Origin: an uncultured bacterium
Lineage (GTDB): Bacteria > Chloroflexota > UBA5177 > JANWHV01
Assembly: GCA_963827235.1 (NCBI GenBank)
Contig: CAWHAE010000016.1
Coordinates: 384,001 to 448,000 of the forward strand
Length of the DNA stretch: 64,000 bases
Direction: 5' to 3'
Of this stretch, positions 1 through 9,303 are shown one piece after another. The notes beneath the pieces are model-generated. The model was not told where the DNA came from and ran no database searches. It saw only the letters and a list, made by a program, of their open reading frames with translations. The position numbers were made by a program, and so were the translations under genes. How positions within the stretch are numbered: position 1 is the first letter of the stretch; each line of letters begins with the position of its first letter.

Positions 1-1
1 C

Positions 2-691
2 ACCGCGGCGCTGATCGACATACTGCGCACCAGTCACAGGCCCGCACTCCGCCTGGAAGCCGTAAGGCAGATCGCTGCCGCCAATGCGGTCGAGGCAGTG
101 CCCGCGTTGCTTGCAGTGCTTGACGACGCCGCCGACCCGCGATCGCTCTCCGTGGTGACGGCGGCTCTCACGACCATTCAGCAGATGGGTCCGGCCGCGG
201 CGCCACATATCGAAGAAGGTCTGCGCCGGAACTTCGGCAACCACCGGCAGTTCATGCCGCTACTGCTGGCGTCCTCGTTGGCCGGGCAGTCCTTTCCCTT
301 GCTTAGCGGCATGCTCTGCGACCCCGACCTGGAAGTGGCCGTAAACGCCGCGACTCAACTCGGCCAGCTTCGCCTCGCCGCCGCCTTCGACCCGCTCGTC
401 GCGGTAGTGCGTGACGACAGCGCTGCGGCAGCGCTGCGAGGCGCCGCGGCGGCTGCGCTGGGCGCACTCAGAGATCCTCGCGCTCTGCCGGTGCTTATCG
501 AGCTGCTCGACGCGCCCGAGCGCGAGATACTGGCAGGTGCCATTGATGGACTCTCCGATCTGCGCGATCCCGCCGGAGCACCGCACCTCGAGAGACTACT
601 GGAGCGCCGTGATCTCGACCAATCAACTGAGCGTGCCGTTCGGCTCGGACTGCTGGCCATGGAACGCTATCGGCCCAGCGAGCAGGTCTGA
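2..691 (+). CDS. HEAT/PBS-lyase repeat protein (5' truncated by window edge)
   Basis: Frame is open from the window start. Repeated helical units such as 'LRGAAAAALGALRDPRALPVLIELL' and 'VAVNAATQLGQLRLAAAFDPLV' are typical HEAT_2 repeats. Confidence 0.8.
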   Translation, partial: TAALIDILRTSHRPALRLEAVRQIAAANAVEAVPALLAVLDDAADPRSLSVVTAALTTIQQMGPAAAPHIEEGLRRNFGNHRQFMPLLLASSLAGQSFPLLSGMLCDPDLEVAVNAATQLGQLRLAAAFDPLVAVVRDDSAAAALRGAAAAALGALRDPRALPVLIELLDAPEREILAGAIDGLSDLRDPAGAPHLERLLERRDLDQSTERAVRLGLLAMERYRPSEQV

Positions 692-812
692 CGAGGTCAC
701 GTCGCGGACTACCACAAGGACAGGCGCGCCCTTCGCGATCCACCAGACCACGCACGTCACAGCGGCTCACGGTCGCCCGCCGAAGTACCGGAATCGCAGC
801 GTACATAGACGA

Positions 813-845
813 GTACGAGAGGCGCGTGACACGCGCCTCTCGTAC
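813..845. terminator. 15-bp perfect hairpin between convergent genes
   Basis: GTACGAGAGGCGCGT-gac-ACGCGCCTCTCGTAC, 18 nt beyond the sigma-factor stop. Confidence 0.7.
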
Positions 846-863
846 CACGACGATATCGACGAG

Positions 864-1862
864 CTATCCGAGGTACTCGCGCAGGCTCTCGATCTCCTGC
901 AGGCCGCGGATGCGGTTCAGCGCCTGCGCTTCGATCTGGCGAATGCGCTCGCGCGTGAGGCCGAACTCACGGCTCACTTCCATCAGAGTGCGGCTGCGCC
1001 CGTCGGTGATCCCATAACGCAGTTCAAGCACCTGACGCTCGCGATCGGGAAGCCTGTTGAGCAGCGTGCTGACGTCGTGCCGCATGGTGCTCTCGACGGC
1101 GCTCTCCACGGGCGAAGCCGCTCCGGTATCCTCCGTGAAATCGCCGAGCGTATGTTCGTCGTCGCTGCCCAAAGTCGTCTCGAGCGATATGGGCTGCTGT
1201 ACGACATGCATCAGGCCGGCAACCTTCTCAGGAGTCATGCCGACTTCTTCGCTGATGCTCTCCGCCGTGGGATCCTCGCCGAGCTCCTGCCGCAGGTAGT
1301 CCACCGCAGCGCTCAGCTTGCTCATCTCCTCGTACACGTGCACCGGAACGCGAATCGTGCGGCCACGATCCGAAAGCGCCCGAGTCACGGCCTGGCGTAT
1401 CCACCAGACCGCGTAGGTGCTAAACCTGTATCCCTTCCGGTAATCGAACTTCTCGACCGCGCGGATCAGGCCAATGTTCCCCTCTTGGATCAGGTCGAGG
1501 AGAGGAAAGCCCTGGTTGAGGTAATGCTTCGCAACGCTGACCACGAGGCGGAGATTCGCCTCGATCATGCGGCGCTTCGCCCCTTCGTCGCCTTCTTCGA
1601 TCCGCTTCGCCAGCTCGATCTCCTGCTTAGGCGTCACGCGCGGAATCTTGGCGATCTCACGCAGGTAGTTGGCGACGCTGTCGACGACGACGCTATGCTC
1701 AGCGACGTCCTCAGGCTGATCGGCCTGCTCAGTCGAAAGCTCGGGAAGATCCTCGCGTGGCGCCTTGCGGCGCAACGGCAAGATTCGCTTTACGCGGACG
1801 GGGGTGCGGTCATCACCGGCCTCCAACAACCGGTCTTGCGCACGCGTCTCCACTTCAATCAT
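864..1862 (-). CDS. RNA polymerase sigma-70 factor, RpoD/RpoS-like (probably non-primary, group 2 type)
   Basis: Region 1.2 '[10 protein letters not shown]', 2.1-2.4 '[11 protein letters not shown]...[18 protein letters not shown]...[10 protein letters not shown]', 4.2 'TRERIRQIE'. No region 1.1. GGAG SD upstream. Confidence 0.93.
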   Translation of the reverse strand: MIEVETRAQDRLLEAGDDRTPVRVKRILPLRRKAPREDLPELSTEQADQPEDVAEHSVVVDSVANYLREIAKIPRVTPKQEIELAKRIEEGDEGAKRRMIEANLRLVVSVAKHYLNQGFPLLDLIQEGNIGLIRAVEKFDYRKGYRFSTYAVWWIRQAVTRALSDRGRTIRVPVHVYEEMSKLSAAVDYLRQELGEDPTAESISEEVGMTPEKVAGLMHVVQQPISLETTLGSDDEHTLGDFTEDTGAASPVESAVESTMRHDVSTLLNRLPDRERQVLELRYGITDGRSRTLMEVSREFGLTRERIRQIEAQALNRIRGLQEIESLREYLG

Positions 1863-1994
1863 GCGAACACGTCTCCAGTTGGCTGTTTGCGCGCAACACG
1901 TAGAATGCCTCGGGCCCAGCCATGAGCTTCGTAAGGCGTCCGGACGTTACGGCGCTTGAATGTCATTGAAAGTACAGTATTTTGTTCCGACCTA

Positions 1995-2023
1995 ATAATA
2001 CGCCTGAAGAAGGAACCTGTCAA
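1995..2023 (-). promoter_or_regulatory. sigma-70 promoter of the sigma-factor gene
   Basis: Minus strand TTGACA-17 nt-TATTAT. Confidence 0.8.
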
Positions 2024-2332
2024 CAGCTTGGCCCCGATATGTTGTGGTGTTCTCAGCGCGGGATGCTACGCTGCGCCAAGAATTCATTTCGTTTAGGATA
2101 GACACCTGCAAACAGCCTGCCGTGAGCCGGCTCGTGCTCGCGCATGACCCCTATCGCCGCCCTCCGCGCCGATCCGATTCAGGTCGCCGGTCTGGTGAGC
2201 GTCGCCGCACGGCGGTCTTCGAGCCGGGCGGCCGCATAATGTCTTCCCGCTCGCCGCGGCCCGGCCTCTGCGATCATTGCCCATCACCGCGTGCCTTCGG
2301 CGTGAGCAACAACTCGCATGGGCGCGACCATG

Positions 2333-2376
2333 AAAACACATGGATGTTCAGGTTGGACCCTGAACATCCATGTGTT
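2333..2376 (-). terminator. Intrinsic terminator, 18-bp perfect stem
   Basis: AACACATGGATGTTCAGG-ttggac-CCTGAACATCCATGTGTT, ending in TTTT on the minus strand, downstream of the 104-aa gene. Confidence 0.75.
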
Positions 2377-2419
2377 GGACTCTGAAACCAGATTTCCGAG
2401 CGATTACAGGAATCTGCCG

Positions 2420-2734
2420 CTAGGCCTCCGCGACCAGGATGATCATTACTTCAGCCTCGCGCTCATCGTTACCCTTACGGTTCTTGTACGTCCGGCTCGC
2501 GGCGGTCTGAAATCGGACTTTCACGCCCTGTTCCTTGGCAATTGCACGATATCGGGCCTTAATTGTTTCATCGCGCTCATCCGGGCCCAACGTCAACTCG
2601 ATTGCCAGGTCCTGCTCCGCAGCTTGACGTAACCATTGGCGTGCTTCTTCACGCTCCTTCTGAGCATGTTCACCGGCGCGCCGACGGGCTGCCCTTTGTA
2701 CCTCATGCCTTTCAATTAGCCGAACGTTTGGCAC
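2420..2734 (-). CDS. Small charged hypothetical protein (104 aa)
   Basis: Protein-like composition, purine-rich SD, upstream extended -10 (TGcTATATT at 2781-2789) and its own terminator. Confidence 0.7.
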   Translation of the reverse strand: MPNVRLIERHEVQRAARRRAGEHAQKEREEARQWLRQAAEQDLAIELTLGPDERDETIKARYRAIAKEQGVKVRFQTAASRTYKNRKGNDEREAEVMIILVAEA

Positions 2735-2820
2735 TTGTGCACCTACCCAACTTCTTCAACAAACTCGATTGTTTGAGATGAATATAGCACACAACCATTG
2801 CCGTATTCACAATTGGTTTC

Positions 2821-2849
2821 TTGACAGCCGATCGGCCGCAACCTACGAT
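2821..2849 (+). promoter_or_regulatory. sigma-70 promoter of the sbcD/sbcC-like operon
   Basis: TTGACA-17 nt-TACGAT. Confidence 0.8.
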
Positions 2850-2911
2850 CAGCGTGGACGGTGCCGTAGGCGCCGCGCAAGGCGGACCGGGCTGGGCCCG
2901 GGGTGAAAGCG

Positions 2912-4024
2912 ATGAGTCTGAGCGTCCTCCACTTCGCTAACTTGCGCCTGGGCGCGGCGTATCCCTCGCTCGGTATGCGCGGGCGCGATCTCCGTGCCCA
3001 GCTCCTCGCCAGTCTCAAGGCGCTCGGCGGTCTCGCGGTTGAGCGGAAGGTAGACGCCGTGCTGGTGTCGGGTGATCTGTTCGGCTGCGCCGTGCCAGCT
3101 ACCGCCACCCTGAAAGCCGTCCAGGCGTTCTTCGCTCACCTGCGCGACGCAGGCATCGCCGCCGTCATTCTGCCGGGCGCTCGCGATCCTGAAGGTGCGT
3201 TTGACTCAACCTTCCAGGCGGATGCTCGCGACCTCTTTCCCGGCGCGCACGTGTTGGGACCGGATATGCCATGCGCGAAGCTCGACAAGCCAGATTTCGA
3301 CGTCTATTCGGTGTTGTTGCCTGCCGGCGCCTCGGACGTCATAACTGCCCTGGTGCCAGTGCATACGGTGCCGCCTCGACTGGCAATTGGGGTAGGCTAC
3401 TGGCCGGGCAAGGCACAGCCTGATCTGGCGGCCATGGCCGAGGCCGCCGCGGCAATTGGTCTTCGCTACCTGGGCGTCGGCGGCTCCCCTGCCTTCGATA
3501 CGGGTCCGAGCGCCGGGACCGTAGCATGCTCGCCCGGAGTGCCCGAGCCGGTGGACTGGGATCATGCGAACGGCACGGCGGCGCTGGTCGGTTTCGATGA
3601 GGAGGGCCATTGCAGCGTAGATCGCCTCGCCACCGGCATACTCCGATTTGCGCGCAAGAAGATCTCCCTCACGCCCGACAACAAGCACCCGCTCAGCCAT
3701 ATACTTGACAAGATGAGCGATCCGCACCTTGGCCTGGAAATCGTGCTTACCGGCGTTTGCCCGTCGGACACCTCGATCGATCCTGCGCTGCTTGAGGCAG
3801 AGTACGGGGACAAGTTTTTCAGTCTTCGTGTCGTGGACCGAACCAAGCTGCAGATCGATGCCGGCAGCGCCGCCTCGGAGTCTCAAGCAACCGTCCTGGG
3901 CAACTTCGCTCGCATCATGGATGCTCGCATCAAATCGTCAGCGGGCGGAGAAGAGGCTGCGCTGCAGCGGGAGGCCTATCGCCTGGCAGTGCATCTTCTA
4001 CAGGGTGGGCAGGCCACGCGATGA
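2912..4024 (+). CDS. Mre11/SbcD (YhaO)-like metallophosphoesterase-fold protein with a degenerate active site
   Basis: Motif positions are recognisable (HFANLRLG, VSGDLF, ILPGARD, YLGVGGS, SPGVPEP). Coupled to an SbcC-like gene by an ATGA overlap. Alternative GTG start at 2903. Confidence 0.85.
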   Translation: MSLSVLHFANLRLGAAYPSLGMRGRDLRAQLLASLKALGGLAVERKVDAVLVSGDLFGCAVPATATLKAVQAFFAHLRDAGIAAVILPGARDPEGAFDSTFQADARDLFPGAHVLGPDMPCAKLDKPDFDVYSVLLPAGASDVITALVPVHTVPPRLAIGVGYWPGKAQPDLAAMAEAAAAIGLRYLGVGGSPAFDTGPSAGTVACSPGVPEPVDWDHANGTAALVGFDEEGHCSVDRLATGILRFARKKISLTPDNKHPLSHILDKMSDPHLGLEIVLTGVCPSDTSIDPALLEAEYGDKFFSLRVVDRTKLQIDAGSAASESQATVLGNFARIMDARIKSSAGGEEAALQREAYRLAVHLLQGGQATR

Positions 4025-6171
4025 AGCTCTCGTCGCTATCGGTCGAGAACTTCAAGGCCTTCGAGCGCGCTCAGATTCGATTCTCCCCCGGCTTCAATGT
4101 AATCAAAGGTCCCAACGAGGCGGGCAAGAGTAGCGTCCAGGCCGCGATCCTTATGGCCCTGTTCGCGGACGCGACCTCGACCGACTCGCAGATGGAAGGC
4201 TACACGCGTTGGGGTCAGGACGAGCGTCCCCGCGTGAGGCTGGCGTTCGAGGCCGACGGCACCACGTATGAACTGCTGAAAGACTTCGAGCAGGGTACCG
4301 TCTCGCTCAGCTGGTCGAAAGATGAAGGCACGGCCGACGCATCGACCGGCGATCCCTCGCAGGTTTTGCACGTGGTTGGAGGCTTGCTCGGCTCGACGTC
4401 GATGGACGCCTACGTAAACACGGCCTGCATTCGAAGCGAGGAAGTGAGCAAGCTTCCTTCTGCGACGGCGCCGGTCAGCCAGCGACTGCAGACCAAGGTC
4501 ATGTCGGGTCGTCGCGCGGACGCCACGGACGTCCTCAAGGCCATCGACCATGAGCTCGGGTCGCTGGCGGCGAGCGGCCTCAGACGGATCAGCGACCCGA
4601 GCCCGCTCCGCGCCTCCCACGAGCGTGTTGAGGCACTGCAGCGCCAGGTGCGAATCGCCGCGGAGAAGCTCGCGGAGTTCCAATCCAATACCAAGGCTCT
4701 GGTCCGGCTTCGCCGCGATCTCGGCGCGGTCGAGCAGGACATCGCCGAGTGGTCCCGCAGACTGGAGCTGAGTGACAGGGCACAAACACTGGCGGAGGAC
4801 ATAGCGCTGCTCGAGGAGCATGCGGCCGAGGTCAAGGGCGTGGAGCAGCTTCGCGAGAGCGTGGGCCAGGCGGCCACACAGTTGAGCAGTCTCGACTACG
4901 AGACGGTAGCCCGCAGCTTCGAGCAAGTCCAGGCTCTGGAGCGCAATCTTCACCGCCTCAGGATGCGCGAAGCTGAGATCAACCATCAGCTCGCCGTATT
5001 GGCGCTTCGCCAGCTGCAAAACGTGCCCCTGGTCTCGCCGACCACACTCGTGGCAGGCGGAGCGCTCACATCGGTCGTGTTTGCCGCGCTGGCAATCGCA
5101 ACGCACGTGGCAGCGCTCTTTGCCGGCATACTCGTCGGTGTCGCAGTGGCAGCCAGCGCGGTCGGTCTGCGCAGGCGCGTGCGAGTTGACGACACCGGCC
5201 AGTTCGCATCCGAGCTCGCTGCCTGCGTGCAGCAGATCGCGGAGGCTGAGCGCGAGATCAGCCGGCAGCTTTCAAAGTACGGTCTTCGTTCGGTTGAAGA
5301 GATCGGCACTGTCCTGCGCGCCCTCAGGCCAGGCACCGAGGCGCGCGCCATCCGCCAACAGCGTATTGAGAAGCTGCTCGGCGACCAGCGTGTGGAGGAT
5401 CTGCAAGCCGCGCTCTCTCAGGTCGCGGCCCAGATTGCCGCCAGGCGGGCAGAGCTTGACCAGTTGGCGACGGCTCGCCTCTCCGGCTCAGCCTACGAGC
5501 AGGTCGATCGCATGGTGCAGTCTTTGACGGCAAAGAAGGAGTCGGTGCAGCGTGAGCTCTACCGCCTCGAGGGTGAGCTGCTTGCTAATGCGGTGACCAG
5601 CGAGTCCCTTGCGGCAGCCGAAGAAGAGCTCGCCGCAGAACAGCTCCGGCTGGCTCGCCTCGAGCGCCGACGAAAGGGCCTGGAGCGCGCTCAAAGCGGC
5701 ATGCGTGAGGCAGTCGCCGCGACCCTCGAGCAGGTCAGCGGCGCCTTTCGCGAAGGGATCTCCAAGCACCTCGGCCAGATGACCGCCGGACGCTATGACC
5801 AGGTAGACGCACAGATCGACGAAGCCGGTTTGCGTCTGATGGTGCAAACCGCCGACCACAGGCGGTCAGTACGGGCCGATAGCTTGAGCCGCGCCACCCA
5901 GGACCAGATCTACCTCGCGGCGCGCATGGCTCTACTCGACCTCGCTGGCGATGGCCGCCGGCCACCGCTGTTGCTCGATGACCCCTTCGTCAACTACGAC
6001 GAGGGCAGGATGGGTAACACGCTGGAGCTGATGCGCGAACTCTACAAGGATTACCAGGTAATACTCTTCACCTGCGTCGACCGCTATGACCGCTATGCGG
6101 ACAGCGTGTTCGCGCTCGCCGGTCCCGAGAGCGACGTCGAGGCGCCGGTGGAAGCTGGGGTTACGCCGTAG
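4021..6171 (+). CDS. Rad50/SbcC (YhaN)-like SMC-family ATPase with coiled coils and a central transmembrane hairpin
   Basis: N-terminal 'VENFKAF', Walker A GPNEAGKSS, long heptad regions, signature-like LSRATQDQ, Walker B LLLDDPF, hydrophobic segment at about 5041-5169. Confidence 0.9.
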   Translation: MKLSSLSVENFKAFERAQIRFSPGFNVIKGPNEAGKSSVQAAILMALFADATSTDSQMEGYTRWGQDERPRVRLAFEADGTTYELLKDFEQGTVSLSWSKDEGTADASTGDPSQVLHVVGGLLGSTSMDAYVNTACIRSEEVSKLPSATAPVSQRLQTKVMSGRRADATDVLKAIDHELGSLAASGLRRISDPSPLRASHERVEALQRQVRIAAEKLAEFQSNTKALVRLRRDLGAVEQDIAEWSRRLELSDRAQTLAEDIALLEEHAAEVKGVEQLRESVGQAATQLSSLDYETVARSFEQVQALERNLHRLRMREAEINHQLAVLALRQLQNVPLVSPTTLVAGGALTSVVFAALAIATHVAALFAGILVGVAVAASAVGLRRRVRVDDTGQFASELAACVQQIAEAEREISRQLSKYGLRSVEEIGTVLRALRPGTEARAIRQQRIEKLLGDQRVEDLQAALSQVAAQIAARRAELDQLATARLSGSAYEQVDRMVQSLTAKKESVQRELYRLEGELLANAVTSESLAAAEEELAAEQLRLARLERRRKGLERAQSGMREAVAATLEQVSGAFREGISKHLGQMTAGRYDQVDAQIDEAGLRLMVQTADHRRSVRADSLSRATQDQIYLAARMALLDLAGDGRRPPLLLDDPFVNYDEGRMGNTLELMRELYKDYQVILFTCVDRYDRYADSVFALAGPESDVEAPVEAGVTP

Positions 6172-7534
6172 TGCTGCCGTAGCCCGGCGCGACGTGGCGT
6201 CCGGTAGGCTCGCCTATCACCCGCCCATGGCTTGCCACCAGCTTGCCTCGGAGAAAGGTCATCGTCGGCGCCCCGGCAACGACAACACCGTCGAAGGGCG
6301 TCAGTCGGTTCGGAGTGAGCATATCGGCGTTGCGGATCTCGATGCGAGCTTCGGGATCGACCACAACGAGATCGGCGTCGCTACCGGCGGCGATCGTGCC
6401 CTTTCTCGGCAGAAGCCCATAGAGCCTGGCAGGCGCGGTGCTCATCACATCCACGAGGCGGCGCATGTCGATGCGGTGGTCGTGCGCGGCACCAAGCATG
6501 AGCGGCAGCGAGGTTTGCACGCCGATAGCCCCCGGGCTTGCCTGCCAGATGTCGCGAGTCTTCTCCTCAGCCGTATGCGGCGCGTGGTCGGTGGCCAAGC
6601 AATCGATGGTACCATCGACAAGAGCCGTCCAGAGCTCGCGACGATCTTCCTCGTATTTCACCGCCGGATGGATCTTGATCACCGTGCCCAGGCGCGGATA
6701 GTCGCGTGCGTCGAGAAACAGGAACGGCGGAATGGTCTCCGCGGTGATCGGCAACCCCTCACGCTTCGCCTCGCGCACCACGCCGACACCGGCCGAGGAG
6801 CTGAGGTGATGCACGTGCAGGCGCGCACCCGACCTGCGGCAGAGGTCTATAGCCTGCCGCAATGCCCGCACCTCCGCCTCCACCGGCCGTGCCTCGGCGT
6901 GCGCCGCGGCATCGGACCGGCCCTGGGCTCGCAGAGAGCTCGTGCGCTCGAGCACGAGCGGCCGGTCCTCCGCATGCACGCCGATAATGGCCCCGGCGCG
7001 GGCAACGGCCTCGAAGTAGGGTAGAGCATCGGCGGCTTCGGGAAGACGCACTCCCGGTGCGACCTCCGTGCCGGCTAGCGACATGTCCCACTTGAATCCG
7101 GCCACTCCCATGGCAACGAGGCTCGCCACCTCGCCCTCGTCGCGCGAGCACAGGTATGCATAAGCTCCGAAATCCACGTACGACGATCGCCCGGCCACGG
7201 CGAGCTTCGCGGCCAGGCGATCCGCGCTGATGACCGCCAGGCAGCCGTTGTTCGGCATGTCGAACACCGTGGTGACGCCGCCCGCCGCGGCAGCGGCGGA
7301 TTCAGTCAGGTAGGTCGCCTTGTAGTCGAGCCCGGGCTCTCTGAAGTGTACGTGAAGGTCCACCACGCCAGGCAGCACCTGCCCGCCGTGGGCATCGACA
7401 ACCTCCGTTGCCGTGGGAAGAACATCACCATAGAAGATGCCGGCCACCCGGCCGCTGGAGATACCTATGCTGCCGCCGGCGATGCCATCGGCGGTCACCA
7501 GCTTCCCGTTGGCGATAAGCAGGTCGAGCGTCAT
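6161..7534 (-). CDS. Cyclic amidohydrolase (dihydroorotase/allantoinase family)
   Basis: DLHVHFREPG, AAAAGGVTTVFDMPN, VHAED, HVHHLS, ATDHAPH, GSDADLVVVD. Start placed at the ATG with a GGAG SD. Confidence 0.9.
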   Translation of the reverse strand: MTLDLLIANGKLVTADGIAGGSIGISSGRVAGIFYGDVLPTATEVVDAHGGQVLPGVVDLHVHFREPGLDYKATYLTESAAAAAGGVTTVFDMPNNGCLAVISADRLAAKLAVAGRSSYVDFGAYAYLCSRDEGEVASLVAMGVAGFKWDMSLAGTEVAPGVRLPEAADALPYFEAVARAGAIIGVHAEDRPLVLERTSSLRAQGRSDAAAHAEARPVEAEVRALRQAIDLCRRSGARLHVHHLSSSAGVGVVREAKREGLPITAETIPPFLFLDARDYPRLGTVIKIHPAVKYEEDRRELWTALVDGTIDCLATDHAPHTAEEKTRDIWQASPGAIGVQTSLPLMLGAAHDHRIDMRRLVDVMSTAPARLYGLLPRKGTIAAGSDADLVVVDPEARIEIRNADMLTPNRLTPFDGVVVAGAPTMTFLRGKLVASHGRVIGEPTGRHVAPGYGSTTA

Positions 7535-7673
7535 TCCGCCTCTCCATCTCTGTCGAGCACGTCGTAGCCGTGCTACGTACCGCATGCTACCCTTGAATGA
7601 GCCTCCTGTGATAGGCGAGCGGGACATTCTCCTCGCCTGGTTTCTCGACTACTCCGACGGAGAATAATGCACC

Positions 7674-8459
7674 GTGCCCACTAGCCTACCCGCCCGGGAC
7701 GCGGACACTTACGCGCGCATAAAGGATGCCTGGGATCGTAGTGCATCCTCGTACGATCGGCTACCGGGACACGGGCTGCTCTCTCACCCCGAACGGCAGG
7801 CCTGGTCCGCTGTGCTGGCGCGGGCTCTCGGCCCGGCGCCGGACGGCGGCATGCGTATCCTCGATGCCGGCACGGGCACAGGTGCGATGGCCGTGCTGCT
7901 CGCCGAGATGGGTCACAAGGTGACCGGCATCGACCTGTCCGCCGCCATGCTCGACGCGGCGCGGAGTAAAGCCCGCCGATCCGGACTGGACGTTACCTTC
8001 CTGGAGGCGAATGCCGCGGTCCTGCCGTTCGACGACGAGTCGTTCGATGTCGTATTCTCCCGGCACCTGTTTTGGACGCTCCCATCACCGATCAGGACCC
8101 TGCGCGAATGGAAACGAGTCGCTCGTCCCGGCGGCCTAGTAGCCGTCGCGGACGGGTGGTGGAACGAGCCTACGGGTACCATGAGACGCCGCCGGGCCGT
8201 CGGCGCCGTGATGCGCCGCCTGCTGGGCCGCGGTCGTGAGGACCACTATGGATACGAAGCCCTTCACAGCAGGCTACCCGTGTCGGGTGGCGTGTCTCCA
8301 TACAGCATTCGCTTCTACTTCGATCAGGCGGGCCTGAGTCGCCTGACGGTGACCGACCTGAAGCATGTGCGTGCCGCCGAGCGGCGATCGCTGCCACCGT
8401 GGTACTGGATTGACCGGGCACGCTACACCTGGCTGGCGACAGGTCGCAAGACGGACTGA
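7674..8459 (+). CDS. Class I SAM-dependent methyltransferase
   Basis: ILDAGTGTG, GIDLSAAML, LPFDDESFDVV, RVARPGG. Confidence 0.92.
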   Translation: MPTSLPARDADTYARIKDAWDRSASSYDRLPGHGLLSHPERQAWSAVLARALGPAPDGGMRILDAGTGTGAMAVLLAEMGHKVTGIDLSAAMLDAARSKARRSGLDVTFLEANAAVLPFDDESFDVVFSRHLFWTLPSPIRTLREWKRVARPGGLVAVADGWWNEPTGTMRRRRAVGAVMRRLLGRGREDHYGYEALHSRLPVSGGVSPYSIRFYFDQAGLSRLTVTDLKHVRAAERRSLPPWYWIDRARYTWLATGRKTD

Positions 8460-8502
8460 GCGCCGCGTCCGGCCACACCGTCGTCCGACGCGACCTCGAC
8501 CG

Positions 8503-9225
8503 TCACGGCGGCAGAAGAAGCCGCGAGCACGATGGGCACGAAGGCACTCCGGTGCCAAGTCGAAGCAGCTGCATGGCCTCGCCCGGGACCGCCCGGTGAC
8601 AGTGCGAGCACTCACCGGCCACAGCGGTCGCGAATGGGTGGCCGCCGGTGGACGGATAGAGCTGGCGATACCGCTCGCGGAGGCCGGCCGGCAAGAGCTT
8701 TGCCGCCTCGCGACGTGCCGCGTCTATCGCCGACAGCCTCTGCTCCGAGTCGTGGACTTCTCGCTCCGCCCTGGTCCGGCGCGCCCGGGCGCCGACCTCT
8801 TCGGTGTTGAGGGATGCGCGAGCAGCATCGAGAGCCGCCTGGGCTGTCTCCTCATCGCTCGACGTTTGGAGCCAGCCGGTCTCGCTGTCCGAGATAAGCG
8901 TACCGAGTGTGGCAATCTCGTGCTGGACCGCCTCGATCTCGCGACTGTTCTGCAACCGACCCGAAGCCAGGCGCGTCTCAGCCCGCAGCTTACGTGACTT
9001 GGCGTCGTCGATCGTATCTTCGGTCATCCTGCGTAGCTCTTGAAGGTCGGCAACTTTCCGCTCGGCTTCAATCGTCGCCGCGCGGGCGCGTTCCAGCCGA
9101 TCGTCGTGTTCCGCCAGGTGCTTCGCATGCGCGATCGCGGAAATGATGCCCACTCGCTCACGGTCGCTGTGCTCTAGCTGCCGAAGAGCGTCCCACAGGG
9201 CGGCAGGAAGTGCGGTGTCCGGCAT
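8503..9225 (-). CDS. Coiled-coil protein with C4 zinc ribbon (CT398/DUF164-like)
   Basis: Long coiled coil followed by CSHC...CPSCSRLL. Confidence 0.85.
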   Translation of the reverse strand: MPDTALPAALWDALRQLEHSDRERVGIISAIAHAKHLAEHDDRLERARAATIEAERKVADLQELRRMTEDTIDDAKSRKLRAETRLASGRLQNSREIEAVQHEIATLGTLISDSETGWLQTSSDEETAQAALDAARASLNTEEVGARARRTRAEREVHDSEQRLSAIDAARREAAKLLPAGLRERYRQLYPSTGGHPFATAVAGECSHCHRAVPGEAMQLLRLGTGVPSCPSCSRLLLPP

Positions 9226-9303
9226 CAGCTCACGAGCGCCAGGACAACTGGACGCGGCATCCCATGCAGAGCGCCGCGCGACGAACCTCCGTGCATCGAG
9301 AGG

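Noticed and set aside
411-1925. 504-aa plus-strand ORF
   Set aside because: Antisense shadow of the sigma-factor gene, typical of GC-rich DNA, with no motifs. The same applies to 4036-5106, 6086-7024, 11756-12679, 30617-31744, 46683-48101 and 51919-52872.
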